Below are positions 41,789-49,293 of a DNA stretch of 64,000 bases, piece after piece; positions within the stretch are counted from its first letter, which is position 1, and each line of letters opens with the position of its first letter. The position numbers and the translations under genes are program-made. The DNA lies in the IMG/VR virus record IMGVR_UViG_3300029358_000325, positions 1 to 64,000 of that record, one strand, 5' to 3'. The stretch comes from a virus. The notes beneath the pieces were generated by a model, which had not been told where the DNA came from, did no database searches, and was given only the letters and a program-made list of their open reading frames with translations.

Positions 41789-41864
41789 TGGCCTGAGCGA
41801 CAAGATTTGAACTTGCGGTCCCCTGTTCCCAAAACAGGTGCGATACCAACTTCGCTACGCCCAG
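41789..41864 (-). tRNA. tRNA-Pro, anticodon UGG.
   Basis: C1-G72 acceptor CTGGGCG/CGCTCAG. D stem GCGA/TCGC. Anticodon stem CCTGT/ACAGG with loop TTTGGGA. T loop TTCAAAT. CCA encoded. Confidence 0.7.
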
Positions 41865-41871
41865 ATATAAA

Positions 41872-41954
41872 TGCGCCCGGCGGGACTTGAACCCGCACGC
41901 CATCTCTGGCAGAAGATCTTAAGTCTCCTGTGTCTGCGATTCCACCACGGGCGC
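41872..41954 (-). tRNA. tRNA-Leu, anticodon UAA (type II).
   Basis: Acceptor GCGCCCG/CGGGCGC. Anticodon stem GGAGA/TCTTC with loop CTTAAGA. Long variable arm GCCAGAGATGGC. T arm GCGGGTTCAAGTCCCGC. Discriminator A, no CCA encoded. Confidence 0.65.
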
Positions 41955-42154
41955 ATATAAAAGAAGATCAGAAACAGCCAACCATTCGTTTTACATTCTA
42001 GTTTTCTGACGAACCGAAGAGTATTTATCCGATAGCTAGTCGGCTTACACCTTATTTCTCTTCTTGTCTGGCTTGACATCCTTTACCGGTATGACGTCTT
42101 TCCGGTCGCCAATGTACGGCCAATCCCCGAACGAGCTAGAACAACTGATCTTCA

Positions 42155-42239
42155 TGGTAGGGATAATCGGATTTGAACCGATACGTCTTTCGACACTTGA
42201 GTTTGAATCAAGCGTGGCTGCCAATTTCACCATATCCCC
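42155..42239 (-). tRNA. tRNA-Leu, anticodon CAA (type II).
   Basis: Acceptor GGGGATA/TATCCCT. Anticodon stem CTTGA/TCAAG with loop TTCAAAC. Long variable arm GTGTCGAAAGACGT. T arm ATCGGTTCAAATCCGAT. Discriminator A, CCA encoded. Confidence 0.65.
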
Positions 42240-42356
42240 ATATCGCCGGTCTTTCCCGGCTGTCAGCCCCGCGCAGGGCATTTTCGGAGGAAGAAATACC
42301 ACGATATTTCGTTAATTATTTTGACGAAAATCACGATAAAATGTCTATTTTTTAAT

Positions 42357-44576
42357 TTAGCTCTTCTGCTGACTTGCGTAGAACTCATTCCGCAGCTGAA
42401 TAATACCCTTCTTGCAGAAAGACTCTTGATCTTTCTCTCGTTGTTCACGCATCCAACCATAGAACAGGTTATCCTCGGCAGTAAACAACTTTGCGGTATT
42501 TTCATAATAGCCACGTTTTTGAACGCTCTGCATGACACCACGCAAGAACTTCCAGTGCTTATAATACGGAAGCTTCAGCTTAAACATGAAATTATTGCTG
42601 TCTCGCAAAACAAAGCCTTCAACGTGTTCAAAACCATGATGCAGATAGTTCTCGTTCATGACTTCTTCGTACCAAGGATAGAATTCACTCCAGTTCTCAA
42701 AGGTTTTAACCTTCTCCTTAATCTGCAGATGACACTTCTCGGCTACACGCTTCAAATCATCATAATCCATTACACTGAAATTCATATCATTTGCAATAAT
42801 ATCCAGCAAAACAATGTGCGGTTTCTTATATTCGATGATATGTGCATCATTCACAGGATCAATCACCTCGAAGATGATGGAGCCATTCTCTTTTGCAACT
42901 TCTTTCAGATTCTTACGATCTTCATCAGAAGTCGTATCCATGAGAATCTTTCGGAACATATCTGCAAAAGGCCCATCAGGAGTGGATTTACTTGCAATGA
43001 ACAGACCATCCTGTTCTGCATCATACGAAATGATACCAAGAAATCCGTTCTCTTTTAGATATGCAGTCACCGGGAACTTCAAAGTGTTCTGTAGGTTTCC
43101 AATTCTCGTTTCATTCCGCTCATCAACCGCAAAGAACTTATCATAGCTTCGAGCTACAATCTTATTCGTCTTTGTGTTAATGAACAACCCTCTTGCTTTG
43201 GTAGAAACCTCATCCCAGTGCTTCTTATAAAATGCTTCACGAGAGAAGTTGAAAGAAGAAATATCTCCGAATCGCTTCTCAAACACATATTTGCTTTGAC
43301 GCATCTTACTAACAAGTTCTGCGTTATCGAACTCAGTTTTCATTTCAACGGCAGTTTCAGTCTTTGGCTCCTCTTTTCGGAATACATCATTCTTGGTTTC
43401 TACGCATTTGATAGGCTGACCGTGTTCAAGCTCCACACAACGAAGATATCCACCAAACTCGATTTTGCCTTCAAGATTGTAGCACCGATGACCCATATCA
43501 ATAGGAACATCCTGTACATTTCGATGGCCGAAGATCTGAATATAGCTATCCGGCATCGACTTTTCCCAAGACTCAGCCACGGTCAGTATATCAGGATAGC
43601 GGCCTACGCCTTTAATCATCTGATCCGCAGACACGAACGGAAGAAAATAAGGAAGATAGCTCAGACCACCGTGACTTACGAAATACCGCTTACCATCATA
43701 CTCAAAGTAGACACACTGGCCGACTCTGGAATAGATCTTACGAGCAGTGTTCTTGTCAATACCGGCTTTAAAGAGCTGCGGACTAGTGTAGTTTGCAAAC
43801 TCTTCACTTTGAACCGGTTTATCATGCCCCCACTTGTTCAGCCAATGCTCGTGGTTCCCTTCCAAAAGGATCACATTCTTGCGGTTGTTATTTACAACAT
43901 CACACAAGAACTTGAATACCTCAACGTTTTCGATGCCACGATCGAGATAATCACCAACGAAGATATAAAGCTCGTCGTCCTTCATCTCACCAAGGTATTC
44001 ACTCAAGCAGGTATAGCAGCCATGAATATCACCGATGATATGTATCTTTTTCCACTGGTTAAAGTCATTCGGGCAGTAGTTCAAATCGGACATCACATCC
44101 GTAGTAGAAGGAAGAACTGTCACGCCAGAAGGAACTTTTTGAGTAGCAAACCGAGCGTACATCTTATCAATAGCCGCTTCAGGAACTCGCTTTAGCCATT
44201 CTCTCTGAGCGTTTCTTCGTTTGCATTCCTCGATCGGAAGGTCCGTCATATCAATAACATACATCCGATAACGATACTGTTTTGCAAGATTCTTATAACA
44301 ATTCATTTCGACCGTCTTGGAATTCGTTGCATCAATCACAGTAAACTCGCCATGGCTCATCCGCACCTCAAGCAGTTTGAAAAGCATCTCCCATACAACA
44401 TCATCATTCTGCTGAGAAATCTCCATCTGCCCATCAGGTGTTTCCTGTGCGCTCTGGCACATAAGGCGAAGTGTATCAGCACTCAATACGTACTGCTCAA
44501 GATTATGCTCTTTAATATAGGTGGACTTCCCGCAACCGGGTGCTCCACGGAACAGTAAAAGTGTTCTCATCTGCAT
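42357..44576 (-). CDS. pnkP: Pnkp-like trifunctional RNA repair enzyme: 5'-OH polynucleotide kinase, metallophosphoesterase-type 2',3'-phosphatase, and a ligase-like nucleotidyltransferase.
   Basis: N-terminal P-loop kinase LLLFRGAPGCGKSTYIKEH. Central calcineurin-like domain with IIGDIHGCY, FVGDYLDRGIENVE, LLEGNHE and FGHRN. The C-terminal domain has a K-x-x-G motif (STKARGLFINTKTNKIVARSYDKFF). The domain order matches bacterial Pnkp. It is preceded by a terminator, the 21-bp motif and an SD. Confidence 0.6.
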   Translation of the reverse strand: MQMRTLLLFRGAPGCGKSTYIKEHNLEQYVLSADTLRLMCQSAQETPDGQMEISQQNDDVVWEMLFKLLEVRMSHGEFTVIDATNSKTVEMNCYKNLAKQYRYRMYVIDMTDLPIEECKRRNAQREWLKRVPEAAIDKMYARFATQKVPSGVTVLPSTTDVMSDLNYCPNDFNQWKKIHIIGDIHGCYTCLSEYLGEMKDDELYIFVGDYLDRGIENVEVFKFLCDVVNNNRKNVILLEGNHEHWLNKWGHDKPVQSEEFANYTSPQLFKAGIDKNTARKIYSRVGQCVYFEYDGKRYFVSHGGLSYLPYFLPFVSADQMIKGVGRYPDILTVAESWEKSMPDSYIQIFGHRNVQDVPIDMGHRCYNLEGKIEFGGYLRCVELEHGQPIKCVETKNDVFRKEEPKTETAVEMKTEFDNAELVSKMRQSKYVFEKRFGDISSFNFSREAFYKKHWDEVSTKARGLFINTKTNKIVARSYDKFFAVDERNETRIGNLQNTLKFPVTAYLKENGFLGIISYDAEQDGLFIASKSTPDGPFADMFRKILMDTTSDEDRKNLKEVAKENGSIIFEVIDPVNDAHIIEYKKPHIVLLDIIANDMNFSVMDYDDLKRVAEKCHLQIKEKVKTFENWSEFYPWYEEVMNENYLHHGFEHVEGFVLRDSNNFMFKLKLPYYKHWKFLRGVMQSVQKRGYYENTAKLFTAEDNLFYGWMREQREKDQESFCKKGIIQLRNEFYASQQKS

Positions 44577-44591
44577 CTCCCTTTCTAATAG

Positions 44592-44612
44592 GTATCCTGT
44601 GTTATATAGTTA
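44592..44612 (-). promoter_or_regulatory. Conserved 21-bp motif, copy 6. It sits between a hairpin terminator and the Pnkp SD-ATG.
   Basis: The coding strand reads TAACTATATAACACAGGATAC, then CTATTAGAAAGGGAGATGCAGATG. Confidence 0.45.
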
Positions 44613-44625
44613 GCATGTTAAAATG

Positions 44626-44650
44626 AAGGGGCCGAAGCCCCCTGTTTTTA
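44626..44650 (-). terminator. Rho-independent-type hairpin terminator. It could act in both directions.
   Basis: GGGGC-CGAA-GCCCC stem-loop flanked by T-runs on both strands. Immediately after the stop of 44648-45574. Confidence 0.5.
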
Positions 44651-45574
44651 ATTTTCATGGAAATATTCAACCCAACCTTTATATCCTTGCCGGAAACTAA
44701 GATAGGCAACTTTACTGCACTTTCTTCCGATAATGTCCGCAAGAGGACCTTTACCATTTCCGAAACTAAGTTCTGCAAGATTAAATTTTGGATGAGTTTT
44801 ACAGTAGTTATAAACCTTGATATACTCACAATTTCTGGCTAAATATCTTTGATCTAAGGTTTTTGAATGATGCCTTTTTTCGAGGATATCGTTCAACCTC
44901 GAAAAATAGACATGAATTGAAATTATAGACGTCTTTGGATCACTGTTTACACCGGGTTTATCCTTCGTTTTGCGTAGGATATAATCGCCATTCATGACAT
45001 AAAATGTTCTATAACCGCTCTTATTGGGGGCATCATACTGTTTCATCTCGTAACATTGCTTGATAATATCCATTAACCTTGCGTCAACATCAGTCTTATC
45101 AAGAACGGTATTAGATTCAAAATCCACATCGTTAATTGTTAGATTAGAAATCTCATCGGAAGTAAGACCAATCCAGTACAAAACAGCAATTACGTTCATA
45201 CGAATCTGATATGGCTCTTCGTACTTATTTAAGAAGTCAACAAATTCGTCAACCGACGCAAAATAACTGTCATTGTACATATCATCTGCGCTTACATCGC
45301 TCTCTGAAAAGTCAGCCAGATCATACATGCTTGTTTCGTTTTCACTTTTGATGTAGCCTGTGATTATTGACTTCACATTTTTAAACGAACGACTCGAGTT
45401 CACCCAATTATATTTGGCAAACATCTTTACGAAATCATCTTTTGTGAAGTCAAACAACTCATACCCACGCTCGGCCTCGTAATCCATGACGTGACGCATC
45501 GTCGATGCAACAAACTCACCGCTTCTATCAGAATACTTTTCGGCAAAAGCTTTGATTTTTTCTTCAGTAAGCAT
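44648..45574 (-). CDS. Hypothetical protein with weak resemblance to a degenerate tyrosine-recombinase fold.
   Basis: 308 aa. IRMNVIAVLYWIGLTSDEISNLTINDVDF resembles recombinase box I but lacks the catalytic Arg. Followed by a hairpin terminator. Confidence 0.25.
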   Translation of the reverse strand: MLTEEKIKAFAEKYSDRSGEFVASTMRHVMDYEAERGYELFDFTKDDFVKMFAKYNWVNSSRSFKNVKSIITGYIKSENETSMYDLADFSESDVSADDMYNDSYFASVDEFVDFLNKYEEPYQIRMNVIAVLYWIGLTSDEISNLTINDVDFESNTVLDKTDVDARLMDIIKQCYEMKQYDAPNKSGYRTFYVMNGDYILRKTKDKPGVNSDPKTSIISIHVYFSRLNDILEKRHHSKTLDQRYLARNCEYIKVYNYCKTHPKFNLAELSFGNGKGPLADIIGRKCSKVAYLSFRQGYKGWVEYFHEN

Positions 45575-45627
45575 AGTGGCACACTCCTTCTTATTATATG
45601 TAGTGTACCATTAAACCTTATAAAAAA

Positions 45628-46047
45628 TCAAGCAAATGCGGCAAAATTCTGAAATTCCATGGTATGTTGTACGCCGCTCAGGAATGCTGCAAGCAAAAAC
45701 GGTTCATCCTTGCATCTTGCCATTGCGATCATATTCATCTGACGCTCCGACAAGACACCAAGTTTTTTAATGAACTGTCCTTTGTTAAGTGTATCAGTCT
45801 CTTCACATAGAACGATACTATCAACCTCTAGGAAATCACAATCTTCCTTTGAGAGTAGAACATGAACCGGAGAGCGCTTGTATATTCTGGAAGACAACGG
45901 ATTCCCTTTAATTGTTGGACTAAAGAAGTTGCGCTTATTGTTGCTCGTCACAACGAACGGTCGAATACCGCGCTGCTGATGACCTGTCGCATTGGATAGA
46001 TCAACCAACCAAACCTCTCCGACCTTTGGGTCAATATTGTTGTCCAT
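45628..46047 (-). CDS. mazF: MazF/PemK-family endoribonuclease (toxin-like). No recognisable antitoxin partner.
   Basis: KVGEVWLVDLSNATGHQQRGIRPFVVTSNN fits the MazF/PemK N-terminal signature (G-x-I/V-x-x-V-D/F ... G-x-E-Q-x-G-x-R-P-x-V-V). GAGGAG SD. Confidence 0.55.
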   Translation of the reverse strand: MDNNIDPKVGEVWLVDLSNATGHQQRGIRPFVVTSNNKRNFFSPTIKGNPLSSRIYKRSPVHVLLSKEDCDFLEVDSIVLCEETDTLNKGQFIKKLGVLSERQMNMIAMARCKDEPFLLAAFLSGVQHTMEFQNFAAFA

Positions 46048-46083
46048 AGTCTTTCTCCTCTATAATAGTGTAGCTCCGTTCCA

Positions 46084-46104
46084 TAGCTATATTATACAGG
46101 ATAC
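46084..46104 (+). promoter_or_regulatory. Conserved 21-bp motif, copy 7, in inverted orientation. It lies 37 nt upstream of the mazF-like ATG but points the opposite way.
   Basis: The plus strand reads TAGCTATATTATACAGGATAC. Confidence 0.35.
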
Positions 46105-46138
46105 CTTTACAGAAGTCAATAGGTTTTCAAAAATATTT

Positions 46139-46465
46139 TTAGTGCCCGTACAACTCTGGATTCTCTGATACGAACACGCTGGTGTTATCGAATATCATCT
46201 CATACGCTTTCTCTTTATCGCCCGGCCTAAACTCAACCCTCCTTACTTCGTGACATTCTTGCCGCAACTCAATATGACTTTCGTTTCCAAAAAATCCAAT
46301 GCCTTTGACAATCCCATGCGTCTCTACGCCAATGTCGTCCATCTTTTTGCAGATCATGTGAACATCCACACCATTGCAAATAAAACAGACCCACACTCGC
46401 TTTTTTCTTATGTACTTCAAAAAGTTCTCAACCTGTATAACTCCCAAAACCTTTTTCTCACTCAT
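46139..46465 (-). CDS. Hypothetical protein. Cys/His-rich, not MazE-like.
   Basis: 108 aa. ORF track only. Confidence 0.25.
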   Translation of the reverse strand: MSEKKVLGVIQVENFLKYIRKKRVWVCFICNGVDVHMICKKMDDIGVETHGIVKGIGFFGNESHIELRQECHEVRRVEFRPGDKEKAYEMIFDNTSVFVSENPELYGH

Positions 46466-46589
46466 CGAAATACCGCCTTCCGATCACATAAACAACTTCC
46501 AAGATATATTATACACATCTTTTTGTTTTCGTCAATATGTACCACACCATTTTGTTGTGCTACTTTATCAAAATTTTAGATGATGCCAT

Positions 46590-47216
46590 TTACTCAGCAT
46601 CATCCACAACCAGCTTCGCGTCATAATAAAACCTGTGTGCGCCAAATTGCCCAGCAAAGGTTGCTCCGCGCTCGTGCCAACTGCCTGGAGCAGCCGCCGG
46701 GGTTACAAACCATTGAATAGGTTTGTCTGAAATCTTAGCGCCGTAATCAAACACCATAGACACAGCCAGTTCGTTCTCTGCCGTCACCTTCCTATTATAT
46801 AAGGAACTATAACCATACTTCTTAAAGACCTGCTGGATGGTTAGACTATCAAGTACAGCGGAATCATAAAGGCATTGGGCCACAGCCATCTGGCCTTCCA
46901 AACTGTCAGCACCTGCTTCACAAGCAACGATCTGCTCCGCAAGAGCACGTTCGTCATCAGTGAGTTTATGTTTGCCCTGACCAAAGTTTACAATCCGCAT
47001 CTCAGTAACGGTTTCTACAATGACTTCTGGCTCCTTTTCCTCTTGCTGCACTACACTCACTGCCGGAGGGCTATTATTATAAAGGTATGAATCACCATGA
47101 TTCTGAATTACCGGACTGATCTTCGATACAAGATTCCCCGCCAGCAGGCACATTATACACACAATAGCAATACTTTGCTCACGATTTATTAACAAATTAG
47201 AGTTAATAAGAATCAC
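46590..47216 (-). CDS. SleB/CwlJ-like cell wall hydrolase with an N-terminal membrane anchor.
   Basis: N-terminal hydrophobic segment IAIVCIMCLLAGNLV. The C-terminal LAEQIVACEAGADSLEGQMAVAQCLYDSAV resembles the SleB-type hydrolase core (AEArGE...GqxAVAxVixNR). Confidence 0.4.
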   Translation of the reverse strand: MILINSNLLINREQSIAIVCIMCLLAGNLVSKISPVIQNHGDSYLYNNSPPAVSVVQQEEKEPEVIVETVTEMRIVNFGQGKHKLTDDERALAEQIVACEAGADSLEGQMAVAQCLYDSAVLDSLTIQQVFKKYGYSSLYNRKVTAENELAVSMVFDYGAKISDKPIQWFVTPAAAPGSWHERGATFAGQFGAHRFYYDAKLVVDDAE

Positions 47217-47240
47217 TTCCTTTCAAAAATATTGGTTTTA

Positions 47241-47993
47241 TCAGATCTTTAAAGACTCCTCATTTACGGTCATCACAAGCTCGTTGACCCGCTTCCAATC
47301 AACATTGTCCGGCAGGTAAGTCTCGCTCTTGTCAACTGACAATCTGCTTTCATAGGCCGGAATCAGTTGCTGACGAATCTCTTTGTAATCATATTCACCG
47401 TTGCGAAGCTGCGTCAGGAAGTTATGATCATTGTCTCGATAGGTTTTAATTTCACCTTTTTCCAAGATGTCAAAGAGCATCAGGTATACACGAACTGCAT
47501 TCATTACCGTCTTGTGCATTTTCTTTGAATTATGGTAGATTGGATCTTTGTCTAATGTATCAGACTTCTGAATCAGCTTGCCTGCAAAACCTCCAAACGA
47601 GTAAATCACACGCTTTGAAAGGAATAGGTTTTTGTTGTCCATAAGTAGCTGCGTCATTGGGTTATAGCTAATAACGAGTTCATCGGCATTTCCTAACTGT
47701 TCCAGCATATTGGGATTTCCACTGCACATCAATTTCACAGCTTTGTTAAAGCTATAAATCGTTGTATCGGTCTGAGTGTCCACATAATGCTCAAACTCAC
47801 CGAGACCAAGAAGGTCTTCTTTTGAATTCAATGCTACACCTCGAATGTCAAGATCTGAGCCCTCAACATTTGTCCCGTAAGCATGACTGCCACCGACCGT
47901 TACGAACATCATATGCTTGCCAAGATGCTCATTCTCCCGAAGAAAACTATATTCTGGGAAGCATAACGCTCCAAGCAATTCATTTCTTGTCAT
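47241..47993 (-). CDS. Pol-beta-superfamily nucleotidyltransferase.
   Basis: GGSHAYGTNVEGSDLDIRGV is the G-S-x(9-13)-D-x-D nucleotidyltransferase signature. About 250 aa, similar in size to predicted standalone NTases. Confidence 0.5.
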   Translation of the reverse strand: MTRNELLGALCFPEYSFLRENEHLGKHMMFVTVGGSHAYGTNVEGSDLDIRGVALNSKEDLLGLGEFEHYVDTQTDTTIYSFNKAVKLMCSGNPNMLEQLGNADELVISYNPMTQLLMDNKNLFLSKRVIYSFGGFAGKLIQKSDTLDKDPIYHNSKKMHKTVMNAVRVYLMLFDILEKGEIKTYRDNDHNFLTQLRNGEYDYKEIRQQLIPAYESRLSVDKSETYLPDNVDWKRVNELVMTVNEESLKI

Positions 47994-48261
47994 AGAATCA
48001 CCTCTATTAGAACTTAGTTTTTATCAGATGTCTTTCCACCACTCGGAAATATCATCATCGTTAATTTCTTTCTTTGTTCCGACCTCACGAAAGCATTCGC
48101 AGATACTATCCCAAATTGCAATCACAAGATCACTACTTCTTTCAAGAGTATGCCCGAAGTAGTCCTTGTAATAAAGGTTAAGCATAAACGATTTTCCATT
48201 CATTCCATAAGTTGGAATTGGTTCATCAGCAACTTTAATCCACATACGGCCTCCTTAAATC

Positions 48262-48474
48262 TTAACTTTTATAAATCCGTTTATTCCATGCATTTACTGC
48301 ATCCGAAAGCGTATTATTATCCGGCATTCCACAATTAACAAGATCATCATAATACGCTTTTGTTCTCAGTCCGCAATAATCACATACGACTTGCGCTCTA
48401 AATTTAAAAAGCGTTGCTGGGCCACCGCAACATGGGCATTGTTTCAAATTATCCATTTCGACCACACTTTCCAT
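48262..48474 (-). CDS. lar: Lar-family restriction alleviation protein (Zn-ribbon).
   Basis: LKQCPCCGGPA...CDYCGL plus C-terminal DAVNAWNKR. This matches the Lar-family CPFCG ... AWNRR layout. Confidence 0.45.
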   Translation of the reverse strand: MESVVEMDNLKQCPCCGGPATLFKFRAQVVCDYCGLRTKAYYDDLVNCGMPDNNTLSDAVNAWNKRIYKS

Positions 48475-49003
48475 GTCTCACTACCCACTGCTCACTCTGA
48501 TCGTCTGCAATAGACGCCACTTTCAGTAGTCCCATTACAAAAATCCCAAAAGGAACAAGCAGTATAAAGTAAAATGCAATAAACGATATTATTATAATCC
48601 ACATTATATTAACCTCACATGTCTTTTGATTTAATCGTTTGTATTGAGGTTGTCTCAAGCATACACCGCACAAAGATCAAATACAATACAATTATCAAAA
48701 TTACCAAAATTTTACTAATAATCCTACGTCATCAATAGTTATATCATCGGTCTTCACATCCTTTTGTTAAATATCCACAAGAACCCGGATTTTATCACTT
48801 TCCGTCCATTGCATCCTCAATCTTGCCATTGATGGAATCAATTTCTCGCATCAGCTTACAGCGATAATTTCCATCCTTATCAAGTTTGAAACACAAATCC
48901 TCATCACCACTCTTGTAACCCATGTAGCATCCAGAACAGCACAGGCTCGTCGCATCAAGCGCATCTTGGATAACTCGTGCTTCATTGAGAGTCAAATCAA
49001 TCT

Positions 49004-49267
49004 TCATCTTGTTTCTCTCCAATCAAGCTTCTGACCACAATCTTTGCAATAGTGATCATACCTACTTGTAATTACCGTATTGCATTTGGGACAACGAAAA
49101 CTTCCATACTTCGGATCGACGACAACTTTTTCACCCTCAATACGGCTGAAATAGTCATCAAGTACATCACTTAAAATCATTTTTCCACGCCAGCCGAGAT
49201 CATTCTGTTGAATATTCTTCGTGAGAATTCGATATGCGCTAATGATTTCACGCTTTGTGTATTTCAT
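49004..49267 (-). CDS. Zn-ribbon protein.
   Basis: FRCPKCN...YCKDCGQ. Confidence 0.3.
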   Translation of the reverse strand: MKYTKREIISAYRILTKNIQQNDLGWRGKMILSDVLDDYFSRIEGEKVVVDPKYGSFRCPKCNTVITSRYDHYCKDCGQKLDWRETR

Positions 49268-49293
49268 GTTTTACTCCTCTACCATATCTTTAT

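Noticed and set aside
41955-42150. Possible additional tRNA in the 200-bp gap between tRNA-Leu(UAA) and tRNA-Leu(CAA). The region contains a GAAAGACGT segment resembling the Leu variable arm.
   Set aside because: No acceptor, T-loop or D-loop arrangement could be drawn. It is probably a fragmentary duplication of part of the neighbouring Leu tRNA.
44626-44650. Interpreting the GGGGC-CGAA-GCCCC hairpin plus T-run as a plus-strand terminator, implying a plus-strand gene.
   Set aside because: No credible plus-strand gene ends there. The hairpin also has a U-rich tail on the minus strand and sits right after a minus-strand stop, so it is assigned to minus-strand transcription (possibly bidirectional).
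21600-46104. Whether the recurring 21-bp motif could be a CRISPR array or a MITE-like repeat.
   Set aside because: Copies are 70 bp to 15 kb apart and not regularly spaced. No spacer-like unique units or cas genes are present. Each copy sits at a precise distance from a start codon, which points to a regulatory signal.
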